Virus record (IMG/VR): IMGVR_UViG_3300032283_000551
Location: 13,042-77,041 of that record
Reading direction: 5' to 3' (one strand)
Length of the DNA: 64,000 bases
From: a virus
Lineage: Duplodnaviria > Caudoviricetes
Within the stretch, counting starts at the first letter, position 1. Each line of letters begins with the position of its first letter. The notes below the pieces were generated by a model. That model did not search any database. It was not told where the DNA came from and saw only the letters and a program-made list of their open reading frames with translations. Shown here in pieces: positions 1-10,177 of this stretch. The translations under genes and the position numbers were made by a program.

Positions 1-1305
1 GATCAAGCAACTGAGACTTTAACAACTGTCAATGTTAGAGCTAATACAGTAAATGCAGCCACGTATACAATCGGTTCAGATTTTATTGCTAATACTACAG
101 GCACATTTTTAACTGGGACTGTTAATGCTTCTGTAGTTTCTCTAGGAAGTAATTTTGTTGCTAATGGCACTGGTGTGTTTGTAGCTAATAGCGTAAATGC
201 CGCAATACTATCTGTCGGATCTAGTTTTGTTGCAAATTCAACTCGGGTTGTTATTGGATCTGGTGTTGGCCTTCAAGCTAATGGTGGTATAGGTACTGTA
301 GGACAAGTACTTCTTTCAAATGCTTCATCTGTTTATTGGGGTGATAGAGTCTCGTCTGTTGCCACTTCAAACGGTCTTACTGGTGGGACTATCACCACAA
401 CTGGTACTCTTTCGGTTCTTGCAAATAATGGCATTATTGCTAATACAACCGGCGTATTTGTAAATCCAGGTACTGGTGTCACTGTAAATGCTACCGGTGT
501 TCATATCGGTCAGCCTGTTGCTATTACTGATAGTGTTACATTCGACTCAATCAGCGCTACCGGTAACGTTGTTATTGGTAACAACGTTGTAGATAATATC
601 AGTTTCCTTGGCAGAGCCAATACTAACTTTAATCCAGCTGCGAATGTTACTTTTAATATCGGTACATTTGATCAGCGCTGGAATTATATTTACGCTGCAA
701 ACGTTCATAGCACTCGAGGTTACATTGAAGGTAATCTTGAGGTAGGCGGGGACCTTATTATTAGTGGTAATCTTGTAACAACAAATGTTAGTTCGGTTAG
801 TATTTCTGACCCTCTGATCTTTTTGGCTTCAAATAATACTATCGGCGATCTTGTGGACATTGGTTTTATCGGTGGATATAATGACGGTGCTACAGGAAGA
901 CATACAGGTGTTATAAGGCACGCTGCTACAGATGCTTATTATCTGTTCAAGAATTATACCCCAGACACAAATAATAATATTGTCGATATCAATCATGCTT
1001 CTTTCAAATTATCATCAGCATATCTGTATTTGAATTCGAGTGGTTTAGTAACAAATGCAACTACTGTAGCAATCACCGGTAACTCTACCGTAAACGTTGC
1101 AATTACGGCTAACTCGATTACAATTTCATCACCTCTTCAAGCAAATAGTGGTGGTACTGGTATAAGTACTGTAACAAATAACGCTATCCTGTTTGGTAAT
1201 TCTACTAACGGATTCAGTCAGTTGTCATTGGGAACTTCTGGATACGTATTGCAGTCAAATGGAACTGCACTGGTTTATGATATACTTGATGGCGGAACGT
1301 TCTAA
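1..1305 (+). CDS. Tail fibre / virion structural protein, 5'-truncated
   Basis: Frame is open from base 1 (track starts it at GTG 175). Asn/Thr/Gly-rich ~20-aa repeats (TVNAATYTIGSDFIANTTG, TVNASVVSLGSNFVANGTG), GQVL module, ends DGGTF as in many T4-like fibre proteins. Confidence 0.7.
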   Translation, partial: DQATETLTTVNVRANTVNAATYTIGSDFIANTTGTFLTGTVNASVVSLGSNFVANGTGVFVANSVNAAILSVGSSFVANSTRVVIGSGVGLQANGGIGTVGQVLLSNASSVYWGDRVSSVATSNGLTGGTITTTGTLSVLANNGIIANTTGVFVNPGTGVTVNATGVHIGQPVAITDSVTFDSISATGNVVIGNNVVDNISFLGRANTNFNPAANVTFNIGTFDQRWNYIYAANVHSTRGYIEGNLEVGGDLIISGNLVTTNVSSVSISDPLIFLASNNTIGDLVDIGFIGGYNDGATGRHTGVIRHAATDAYYLFKNYTPDTNNNIVDINHASFKLSSAYLYLNSSGLVTNATTVAITGNSTVNVAITANSITISSPLQANSGGTGISTVTNNAILFGNSTNGFSQLSLGTSGYVLQSNGTALVYDILDGGTF

Positions 1306-1320
1306 AGGAGAACTTTTATT

Positions 1321-1977
1321 ATGAGTGAAAATGATAACGATTTCTTTGTTGAAACATATATAAAGAAACAAGAGTCTCTTTTTCTTGAACAAATGCGTAG
1401 GCTACTACAGGCTGATACCAAGTCGACTGTATTAGAGATAGCTCTAAACGAGCGCAATGCAACTGTTTCGGAATTAGAAGAACAAGTAAGACAACTCAAT
1501 ACTGCTATTAGTCAGGCTGTTAATGGTTTGCAGTCGATTACTATTGAAAGAGATACTCTAAAGAAAAAACTTTTAGAGGCAGAAGAAAGAATTGAATATC
1601 TAACAGATTTTCAAAACAAATACAAAATTGTAGAAAATGAACTCGCTAATAAATCTGTAATAGTAGATAAGCTTAGTAATCAACTTCAAACATATCAACA
1701 AGATATGGATCATATAAGAAATAATTACAATAAAGTAAATGATGTTTATAAAACAGTAGAAAATGAACTCGCTAATAAATCTGTAATTGTTGAAAAACTT
1801 AGTACCAAAGTTGAAACATATCAAAAAGATATGGATCAGATAAAAGAAAATTATAATAAAGTAAGTGATGCATTAGAAGAAGCTAATGGTAAACTTTCAA
1901 AACTCAGCAATATTAAAAATAATAAAAAGAAATTAACGCCTACTAACTCAGAGTGGACTGATGGCAACCAAGTTTAA
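1321..1977 (+). CDS. Coiled-coil protein with internal 42-aa duplication
   Basis: AAGGAG RBS; E/K/L/Q-rich heptads; VENELANKSVIV occurs twice. Confidence 0.7.
   Translation: MSENDNDFFVETYIKKQESLFLEQMRRLLQADTKSTVLEIALNERNATVSELEEQVRQLNTAISQAVNGLQSITIERDTLKKKLLEAEERIEYLTDFQNKYKIVENELANKSVIVDKLSNQLQTYQQDMDHIRNNYNKVNDVYKTVENELANKSVIVEKLSTKVETYQKDMDQIKENYNKVSDALEEANGKLSKLSNIKNNKKKLTPTNSEWTDGNQV
1630..1881 (+). repeat. 126-nt tandem duplication inside the coiled-coil gene
   Basis: gtagaaaatgaactcgctaataaatctgtaat identical at 1630 and 1756. Confidence 0.9.
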
Positions 1978-2908
1978 GGTAAAAAGAAGTGTAATTAGTG
2001 GCGTAATACCCACAACCCTAGATCTTGATCTTGGTGAATTGGCTATCAACATAGCTGATAAGAAGGTATACACTTCTAATGGCAGTTCTGTATTTGAATT
2101 AAGTTCAAACGTATCTAATATTTCGATAACCGGTAATTTGACTTTCGGTACCGGGAGATTCGTTGCAAATGGTGGTCCAGGTATTGCCGGTCAAGTTCTT
2201 ACTAGCAATGGTAATACGGTTTATTGGGCGACCGCTACTGCACAAGCTTCGGTACAAATTAGCAGTATTGCTCCATCATCACCACCACCTAATGATGGAG
2301 ATCTTTGGTGGAATAGCACTACTCTAACTCTCTACATTTACAGAAATTTTCAATGGGTTGTTGCCATAGCAAATGGTGGATCCAATACTAATATTCAGTT
2401 CAATGATTCGTCTTTACTTGGTGGTTCTAATAACTTTACTTACAATAAGACAACAGGAACAATGTCTGTTGGTAATGTAACCATCAATTCAACTTCAATC
2501 AGCACTAACACCGCAAATATTGTTCTGGGTAATACATCTGTTATTGTTGCTAATGGTGGTTTTGGTTCAAATGGGCAGGTTCTTACCAGTAATGGTTCTG
2601 GTATGTTCTGGGGATTCGGTGGTGGTGGGCCATATGTAAGACTAACATCTAACACTACATTGACTCCATACAGATCATTTCTTGCTGATACCTCTAATGG
2701 ATCTGTTTATCTTACACTTCCGGCATCACCAAGTGAAGGGCAAAGATTATCAATTGCAGATGGTGGTGGTGATAAGATAATCAATCCTGCTGTAATTTTA
2801 AGAAATGGATCAACTATTGGTGGTAGCTCGAATGATTTATCATTTGATGTGCCTGATACAATTGCCGAATTTGTTTATACAGGAACCACTTGGAAAGTAT
2901 TTACATGA
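1961..2908 (+). CDS. Tail fibre-like structural protein
   Basis: N-terminal KRS...LGELAINIADKKVY module common in phage fibres; two ANG..G..GQVLTSNG..W modules; C-terminal ADTSNGSVYLTLPASP domain. Confidence 0.65.
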   Translation: MATKFKVKRSVISGVIPTTLDLDLGELAINIADKKVYTSNGSSVFELSSNVSNISITGNLTFGTGRFVANGGPGIAGQVLTSNGNTVYWATATAQASVQISSIAPSSPPPNDGDLWWNSTTLTLYIYRNFQWVVAIANGGSNTNIQFNDSSLLGGSNNFTYNKTTGTMSVGNVTINSTSISTNTANIVLGNTSVIVANGGFGSNGQVLTSNGSGMFWGFGGGGPYVRLTSNTTLTPYRSFLADTSNGSVYLTLPASPSEGQRLSIADGGGDKIINPAVILRNGSTIGGSSNDLSFDVPDTIAEFVYTGTTWKVFT

Positions 2909-3414
2909 CATCACCAAAAGTAGTATTATACAAAGGTAATAATGATATTAATGCATTGTATACCGGTAAGGTGGGAGAATTAACGTATAATACAAATCTT
3001 AATACGGTACATGTTCATGACGGTACTACGACGGGTGGTATTAAATTAGTAACTTTAAACCCAAATAATACGATTGTATCTACAAATTTGGTTATTGGTT
3101 CCACGATAACCACAAATAATATTACCACTAATATATTTACGGCTAATTCTGCAAATGTAAATTCATTGACAGGCGGTTCAATTAATGCTAATTCTGCAAA
3201 TGTAAATTCATTTACAGCTGGTTCAATTAATGCTAATTCTGCAAATGTAAATTCATTCACAGCTAATACGGTTAGTGCTAATTCAGTCTCTGGGAATACA
3301 GCAAATTTTACATCAGTCACTGTTAATAATGCGCCAACATCTAATACACAATTAGCAAATAAATTATATGTAGATAAAAAATTAAGATTGGCAATTGCCA
3401 TCTCTGGAGTTTAA
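2905..3414 (+). CDS. Fibre protein with Mtd_N-like N-terminal domain
   Basis: ATGA overlap with upstream stop; YTGKVGELTYNTNLNTVHVHDGTTTGG resembles the major tropism determinant N-terminal domain; 15-aa repeats follow. Confidence 0.6.
   Translation: MTSPKVVLYKGNNDINALYTGKVGELTYNTNLNTVHVHDGTTTGGIKLVTLNPNNTIVSTNLVIGSTITTNNITTNIFTANSANVNSLTGGSINANSANVNSFTAGSINANSANVNSFTANTVSANSVSGNTANFTSVTVNNAPTSNTQLANKLYVDKKLRLAIAISGV
3142..3276 (+). repeat. Three tandem 45-nt repeats (ANSANVNS.T.GSIN)
   Basis: gctaattctgcaaatgtaaattcatt at 3142, 3187 and 3232. Confidence 0.9.
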
Positions 3415-3416
3415 AA

Positions 3417-6281
3417 ATGTCAAAAAAATTGATCAGTAAGTATACATTTACACCTGGCATAGCAAATGTCGGTACAATCAAAGTGCCTGGTAAAGTTGCT
3501 TTGGAGCAATTTATTTTAATTACTAATTCTACAACGAATGATGTAATTTTTAATTTTCTAGAAATTGGTTTTGGTGCTTCTGTATCATATAATGCATCTG
3601 ATTCAACTACTTTTGCAAATGTTCTTAATGGTGTAACAACTCTTACATTGCAATTAAATACTTCTACTATGAATGCAGCTGATAAATTAAACATCATGGT
3701 TGATGATATTGATTTAAAAGTTAGACCATATGATTTCGGTACCGATGCTATTGAAAGAATGCGTGTAGCCAATCCACAATCACTTATTGATGCTGACTTT
3801 GAATATGGATTACAGCCAACAAAATGGATGGGACTTAATTTAATAAGAAATTATCCATCCATTTATGAAATACCAGGCGCAGATTTAACGGTTACTAGTA
3901 TTACAACCGATGGCGCAAATCCAAGTTTAATAACGATCAATACAACAGAAACTCATGGATTGACCACAAATAACCCAATTACTGTGCAAGGTTTGTTACG
4001 AATTAGTGGTTATAGTAGAGCACAAGGATCATTTATTCTTTTGGATGCTCCAACATCAACATCAATGAGATTTTATGCAAAGGGTGTCGTTGGGACGAAC
4101 GCAGAAAGTTTATTTTCAGATGGTGTAGTTGTTAGAAAAGGTGCGTTTTATACAGCATCGTCATTGAATGTTTCCTCGTTTACTACCAATCTTGCAACAC
4201 CGTCCATTATAACAGTAACAACGAGTACAAATCATGGATTATTTCCAGGTTCACCGATAACTGTTACTATTAGTTCGGCTGGTACGAATCACCAATTAGC
4301 CGCTGGTACTTTTTTTGTTGAACAAGTTATAAGCGCCACTTCATTCTCATATACTGCAAGATCAGGTGGTGCAGTAGCCACTAGTTTAACAGGTGCTTTA
4401 TATACAGTAGGTGATGGTTTCTTTATTCATAGATCATTTGATGGTGGTGTTTTGATGGGTACTGGAGCTCCAACTATAGGAGCTCATGCAATTCGTGCAA
4501 GTAAAAAATATTTTAGATACCAATCGGGAAAAGGTATATTCTTTAGCACAGGCACTATATTTAAACCTAACTATGATGTGCAGAGTGTAACGTCTACCGA
4601 CACCACAATTGGATCAACAATTACAATTACAACCGATGGCGTTGAGCATGGACTACAGATTAATTCCCAAGTGGAACTAGCTGGTATTTTAACAAGCGGC
4701 TATAATGGAACATATAATGTTGTTGGTGTTGATACTGATACGAGTTTTCAAGTATTGGCAACCTCAGTACTCGGTTCAACAACAGCATCTTTAGATTTAC
4801 GTCCAAGAGTTTACGTAAAAACTTGGCACGGTTCAAGTGTTAGAATAGGACCTCACGACGATCAGAATGGTATGTTTTGGGAATTTGATGGCATTAATCT
4901 TAATGCAGTAATTAGAAATTCAGTTTTACAAATAGCAGGAACTGCAGCTGCAACAGCCGATAGTAATGTTATAACTGGTACGAATACCAGATTTCAGGAT
5001 CAATTGAGAGTAGGTGATGAAATTGTTATTCGTGGTATGGTACATACAATTACAAATATAGCAAGCCAAACTAGTTTATCGGTTACACCTGATTTTAGAG
5101 GTGTATCAAACGTATCCGGTGTTAGAATTTGTCTTATTAGAGAAACAAAAACTTCTTCTTCTAATTTTAATTTAGATACATTAGATGGTAATGGTCCTTC
5201 AGGATTTGTTATTGATTTAAATAAAATGCAAATGATGGCAATCCAGTATTCCTGGTATGGCGCTGGATTTGTTGATTTTATGATAAGAGGACCAGACGGC
5301 AATTTTGTTACAGCGCACAGAGTAAAAAATAACAATGTTAATGATGAAGCTTTTATGCGTTCTGGTAACTTGCCTGTTAGGTATAGCGTCAGTAATGACG
5401 GCGCAAGAACACAGCTAACACAATCAATCAATGCTACAGCAACAAATTCCATTACTGTGGCTGATGCATCACGTTATCCTTCTAATGGTTCAATTTATAT
5501 CAATAATGAAATTATTAATTATACCGGTAAAGCAAATAATACAACATTGACTGGATTGACAAGAGCGGGCACCTTCAGTTTATTCACTGGTGGTAGTTCC
5601 AGAACATTTTCTGCAGGCAGTGCTAGTTCATATGTCGCAAATGATAGTGTATTTTTAACCGGTGTTACATGTTCTCCAACATTGAGTCATTGGGGTTCGG
5701 CATTAATTATGGATGGTAATTTCGATCAGGACCGTGGTTATATTTTTAATACACAAAGATTAAACGTTTCATTAACCACGACGTTCCAAACCGCTTTTAT
5801 GATTAGATTAAGTCCGAGTGTTTCTAATGGACTTGTTGGTGATCTTGGGATTAAAGATCTATTGAATAGAGCTCAACTTTTATTGAATGCCATAGAAGTC
5901 ACGGCTGCCACTTCAGCGCCTATCGTAATAGAAGGTATTTTGAATGCGGCTAACTATCCAACAAATCCTGCATCTGTTACATGGTTCAGTCTTTCACCAA
6001 CAGCAAGTTCAGGTCAGCCGAGTTTAACACAAATTGCAACGACATACACATTCAGTTCAGGTACTTTTGCATCGCCAGGCGAAACCATCTTTTCTTTTGT
6101 TGCCGGTGGTACTGATACAAAATCTCTTGATTTATCTGGACTAAAAGAACTAACATCAACGCCAATTGGTGGTAGAGGAACATTTCCAAATGGTCCGGAT
6201 GTATTAGCTATTAATGTTCGAACTATAACGGGTACTGCAAATGCTCATCTAGTATTACGATGGTCTGAAGCTCAGGCATAA
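3417..6281 (+). CDS. Large virion structural protein (cyanomyovirus-type)
   Basis: DAIERMRVANPQSLIDADFEYGLQPTKW motif and repeated ITVTTxxxHGL modules typical of T4-like structural proteins. Confidence 0.65.
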   Translation: MSKKLISKYTFTPGIANVGTIKVPGKVALEQFILITNSTTNDVIFNFLEIGFGASVSYNASDSTTFANVLNGVTTLTLQLNTSTMNAADKLNIMVDDIDLKVRPYDFGTDAIERMRVANPQSLIDADFEYGLQPTKWMGLNLIRNYPSIYEIPGADLTVTSITTDGANPSLITINTTETHGLTTNNPITVQGLLRISGYSRAQGSFILLDAPTSTSMRFYAKGVVGTNAESLFSDGVVVRKGAFYTASSLNVSSFTTNLATPSIITVTTSTNHGLFPGSPITVTISSAGTNHQLAAGTFFVEQVISATSFSYTARSGGAVATSLTGALYTVGDGFFIHRSFDGGVLMGTGAPTIGAHAIRASKKYFRYQSGKGIFFSTGTIFKPNYDVQSVTSTDTTIGSTITITTDGVEHGLQINSQVELAGILTSGYNGTYNVVGVDTDTSFQVLATSVLGSTTASLDLRPRVYVKTWHGSSVRIGPHDDQNGMFWEFDGINLNAVIRNSVLQIAGTAAATADSNVITGTNTRFQDQLRVGDEIVIRGMVHTITNIASQTSLSVTPDFRGVSNVSGVRICLIRETKTSSSNFNLDTLDGNGPSGFVIDLNKMQMMAIQYSWYGAGFVDFMIRGPDGNFVTAHRVKNNNVNDEAFMRSGNLPVRYSVSNDGARTQLTQSINATATNSITVADASRYPSNGSIYINNEIINYTGKANNTTLTGLTRAGTFSLFTGGSSRTFSAGSASSYVANDSVFLTGVTCSPTLSHWGSALIMDGNFDQDRGYIFNTQRLNVSLTTTFQTAFMIRLSPSVSNGLVGDLGIKDLLNRAQLLLNAIEVTAATSAPIVIEGILNAANYPTNPASVTWFSLSPTASSGQPSLTQIATTYTFSSGTFASPGETIFSFVAGGTDTKSLDLSGLKELTSTPIGGRGTFPNGPDVLAINVRTITGTANAHLVLRWSEAQA

Positions 6282-6315
6282 TAAATAGTAAAAACATAAG
6301 GTAACGGGAATCCCA

Positions 6316-7092
6316 ATGCTTAAACTCTCAAACTTAATTCAGACGACTGGCGCGATAACAGACGCAGCTGCACCGTCGCAGTTTGCAATGCATGCATTGA
6401 ATAGAGATTCTGAAGGTCTTCTTACATATACTAAAGTTCTCTGGGCTAATACCAGTGAAACAGTGGATATGACGAATGGTGATGGATTGGCATATAATGG
6501 TATTGAGGAATTTATTTCTGGCGTTAGTATTGGTAATACAGATTTCAATCTAACACGGGAATACGATTCTCAATCTGGCACTGGTGATTTACTAGCTAAC
6601 ACCTTTATAGTTAGATTTGTAACATCCGAAAGTAATTCTGCAATCAGAATTAACGGTGATACAGCTAACAATCCAGTACTTGAAATGTATAGAGGTTCCA
6701 CCTATAAATTTACAACAGATGATCCATCAACTTTGAATCATCCTATTTTTATTTCGACCACACCAAGTAGTGGTTCATATACAAATGAATATCTCAAAGG
6801 TGTGCAGTATTCTAGATCAGCATATGATGGCAACGGTTATATAACTGTAAATGCAAATGTTGCCACTTCAGATGCTTTGATTATTAATGTCCCAATGGAT
6901 GCACCAGATCAACTGTATTATGCTTCAGGACAAGATGCTAATTGCTATGGTATTCTGAAAATCACATCTGAATTAACGAATACAAAATATAGAAAATATG
7001 AACAAGTTAGATTTGATAATCTTCAACTATCATACTATATAAATAGCAATGGCTTCTTGGTAGCAAGATATGGTGCAGATTACTCATATTAA
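6316..7092 (+). CDS. Structural protein, hypothetical
   Basis: LNRDSEGLLTYTKV and LEMYRGSTYKF...HPIFIST...APDQLYY modules; position in structural module. Confidence 0.55.
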   Translation: MLKLSNLIQTTGAITDAAAPSQFAMHALNRDSEGLLTYTKVLWANTSETVDMTNGDGLAYNGIEEFISGVSIGNTDFNLTREYDSQSGTGDLLANTFIVRFVTSESNSAIRINGDTANNPVLEMYRGSTYKFTTDDPSTLNHPIFISTTPSSGSYTNEYLKGVQYSRSAYDGNGYITVNANVATSDALIINVPMDAPDQLYYASGQDANCYGILKITSELTNTKYRKYEQVRFDNLQLSYYINSNGFLVARYGADYSY

Positions 7093-7121
7093 ATAAAAAG
7101 AAGAATCAGGAGTAATAGTAT

Positions 7122-10100
7122 ATGGTCGATTTTGTATTAGGTAGATTGAAGTTTGTCTATAAAGGCAACTGGTCGACCTCTACTGCGTTTATTAAAGATG
7201 ACATCGTAACTTATGGTGGTCGTTCGTATGTCTGTGTGGCTAATCACACTTCAAATGCTTCTGCTTCAGGTGGTTTCTATACAGATTCTGCTAACTGGAA
7301 TCTTATTAATGATGGTGTAGCTAATCGTGGTGTGTGGTCGACCTCAACATACTATAAGATAAATGATATTGCTAAGTACGGAGGCAAAATTTACATTGCA
7401 ACAAGCGGTCACACATCAAACGCAACAGCTAATGGTGGCTTCTACTCTGATTCTTCGAACTGGCAACTACTGAATGATGGTGTTGAGAACAGAAGCACTT
7501 GGTCAACATCTTCTTACTATAAGATCAACGATATTGTAAAGTACGGTGGTAAGACCTATATCGCTACGTCTGGTCATACATCGAATGCTACTGCTAATGG
7601 CGGGTTTTATTCAGACTCAAGTAACTGGCAACTACTGAATGATGGTGTTGAGAACAGAAGCACTTGGTCAACTTCCACTTACTATAAGATTGGTGATGTT
7701 GTAAAGTATGGCGCTCGCACATACATCGCTATCACAGGTCATACATCTAGTGCGACTGCCGCAGGCGGTTTCTACACTAATATTGCTAACTGGTCTTTGC
7801 TCAACGATGGTATTGAGAATAAAGGTACTTGGGCAAGTGGCACCTACTATAAGATTAACGACATTGTCAAATGGGGCGCAGATCTCTACATTTGTAATAC
7901 TGGTCACACTGCTGGTACAAATTGGGTAGATACAGAAGCAAACTTCACACTTTTTGTTGGTGGTCTAGAATTTGAAAATACATGGATAAATTCAACCCTT
8001 TACCAACCAGGTGATGTTGTAAGATATGGTGGTTATCAATTTGTAGCTACAAACGAATCCACAAACGCTATTCCTACAAATACTTCTTTCTGGAGTGTAT
8101 TCTCAACAGGATTTTCTGTTCAGGGTGCATACAGTAATTCCACTCCTTATAAGCCAGGTGATGTCGTCCAGTTTGGTGGTTATGTTTATTCTGCTCGTGT
8201 AGACACTACAGGTATACTACCATCAAACACTACTAATTGGGATCTGGTAAGCTACGGTGCAAAGTGGAATGATAATTGGTCAAATACCACTACTTACTAT
8301 AAAGGTGATACCGTCAGATATGGCGGATCATCCTATATCTCAATAACGCATGCTAACGCAAATAATGAACCAGATCCAGGCAATACTTCTAACTGGAATT
8401 TGTTATCTCAGGGCGCTAACGCCACTATCAATCTGACTAATACAGGTGATATACTTTTCTTAAATACCGGTGGTTTAGACGGGGTTGCAATCGGCTCGAA
8501 CGGGTACGTTTTAACAACCAATACTTCAGGTCTTCCACAGTGGCAGAGTGGTGCATCAAATAATGTTTACTATGTAAGCACTGATGGTGTTGACGCTTCT
8601 GATGCCGGTAGATCTCTGATTAGACCATTCAGAACAATCAAGTATGCTACTCAGAATGTTCCAAACAATTCTGTTATTATGGTCAAGGCTGGTTCTTATC
8701 AAGAAATTCTACCTATCACAGTACAATCTGGTGTTTCTGTTATCGGTGATAGCCAAAGAACAGTTACAGTAACTCCAGCTGGTGGATACTCCGGTGCTGG
8801 TAACACTATGTGGTTGCTATCTAATGGTTCATTGATTAAGCAAATGACATTTACTGGTATGACTGGATTTATTCCCGGTGGTACCGCTGATGACATTACA
8901 ACCGCAACTATAGGTGGTGTATTCATCAGATTGAATCCCGCAAGTCCAATTACAACTAAAAGTCCTTATGTTGTAGAATGTTCTGCAATATCAACAGGCG
9001 GAACAGGTGTAATCGTCGACGGATCTGTGCATGCTTCCGGAAATCGAAGTATGCTTTTCCATGCTTATACTAACATCAATGATGGTGGTATTGGGTATTG
9101 GATAAGCAATAATGCCAGAGCTGAAACCGTTTCTTGCTTCACATACTTCTGTTATTTTGGTTTTGCCGCAACTGGTGGTGGCTTCATAAGAGGTCTAAAC
9201 AACAATAACTCTTACGGTAACTACGGTGCGGTATCTAGAGGCTTCGATGCTACCGAAACTGTTGTTACAGCTAGAGTGTCAGGCGAACAACTTCAGCTTA
9301 CCGCTAATTCGGCAATGACTTATACTGTTGGTGAAACAATCACTGGTGCCACTTCAGGCGCTACGGGAACAATCAATAATATTCAAGCAGCTGCCAACAA
9401 GTTATACTACTCGAGAACAAATGCTAACACTTTTGCCAATAGTGAAAGTATCGTAGGTGCTACTTCAGGTATTACCGGTATAGTCACGGGCAGTGGCGTT
9501 ACGGGACAGAAGGGATTTGTTGTAGTAGCAAATAACTTTACTGTTGATCCGACTTTGTTTTCTGGTAGAAGTATTGAATTCTCAGGAGATTCCAGTGCAT
9601 ACGTCGTTCAGACGGTAAGCGGTACTTATACCAATACTCAGAGCAAGATGATTTTTGTTCTTGCACAAGAAAAAACAACTGCATCGAGCAATAGCGCAAA
9701 CGTCGTATTCAGACAAAACTATTCACAGATTCGTTTAACCGGTCACGACTTCTTGGATATTGGTACTGGTAATACGGTAACTACAAATTATCCAAATGCG
9801 CCTGTCACAATGCCTTCACAAACAAATGAAGTTGTTGAAGGTCGTCCGGGTCGCGTTTACTACGTATCAACTGATCAAAATGGTAATTTCCGTGTTGGCG
9901 ATTACTTCCGAATTGAACAGGCTACAGGTAAAGCAACTCTTGATGCATCAGCGTTCAATCTTTCAGGTCTGTCAGAACTAAGACTTGGTTCGATTGGTGC
10001 CCAGCTCGGTGAATCAATTAATGAATTCTCGGCTGACGGTACTCTTGCTGGTAATTCGAATGTTGCAGTTCCAACCGAACAAGCCGTAAAGACGTATGTT

Positions 10101-10166
10101 GATACAAATGCAATAACACTAATAAATGGTGCTCAAATAATAGCATATATAAATCTACAGGTATAG
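7122..10166 (+). CDS. Tail fibre / structural protein with carbohydrate-binding-like repeats
   Basis: AGGAG RBS; tandem W...YK.NDIVKYGG.TY repeats, then beta-helix-like region; conserved C-terminal GHDFLDIGTG...VYYVSTDQNGNFRVG. Confidence 0.7.
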   Translation: MVDFVLGRLKFVYKGNWSTSTAFIKDDIVTYGGRSYVCVANHTSNASASGGFYTDSANWNLINDGVANRGVWSTSTYYKINDIAKYGGKIYIATSGHTSNATANGGFYSDSSNWQLLNDGVENRSTWSTSSYYKINDIVKYGGKTYIATSGHTSNATANGGFYSDSSNWQLLNDGVENRSTWSTSTYYKIGDVVKYGARTYIAITGHTSSATAAGGFYTNIANWSLLNDGIENKGTWASGTYYKINDIVKWGADLYICNTGHTAGTNWVDTEANFTLFVGGLEFENTWINSTLYQPGDVVRYGGYQFVATNESTNAIPTNTSFWSVFSTGFSVQGAYSNSTPYKPGDVVQFGGYVYSARVDTTGILPSNTTNWDLVSYGAKWNDNWSNTTTYYKGDTVRYGGSSYISITHANANNEPDPGNTSNWNLLSQGANATINLTNTGDILFLNTGGLDGVAIGSNGYVLTTNTSGLPQWQSGASNNVYYVSTDGVDASDAGRSLIRPFRTIKYATQNVPNNSVIMVKAGSYQEILPITVQSGVSVIGDSQRTVTVTPAGGYSGAGNTMWLLSNGSLIKQMTFTGMTGFIPGGTADDITTATIGGVFIRLNPASPITTKSPYVVECSAISTGGTGVIVDGSVHASGNRSMLFHAYTNINDGGIGYWISNNARAETVSCFTYFCYFGFAATGGGFIRGLNNNNSYGNYGAVSRGFDATETVVTARVSGEQLQLTANSAMTYTVGETITGATSGATGTINNIQAAANKLYYSRTNANTFANSESIVGATSGITGIVTGSGVTGQKGFVVVANNFTVDPTLFSGRSIEFSGDSSAYVVQTVSGTYTNTQSKMIFVLAQEKTTASSNSANVVFRQNYSQIRLTGHDFLDIGTGNTVTTNYPNAPVTMPSQTNEVVEGRPGRVYYVSTDQNGNFRVGDYFRIEQATGKATLDASAFNLSGLSELRLGSIGAQLGESINEFSADGTLAGNSNVAVPTEQAVKTYVDTNAITLINGAQIIAYINLQV
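7140..8420 (+). repeat. ~45-55-aa tandem repeats in the fibre gene
   Basis: 50-nt block aactggcaactactgaatgatggtgttgagaacagaagcacttggtcaac identical at 7458 and 7623 (165-nt period). Confidence 0.85.
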
Positions 10167-10177
10167 GAATTATTTAA

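Noticed and set aside
2905-3414. Diversity-generating retroelement suggested by the Mtd_N-like domain
   Set aside because: No reverse transcriptase, no TR/VR pair and no C-type lectin domain in the window; Mtd_N is a common fibre anchor
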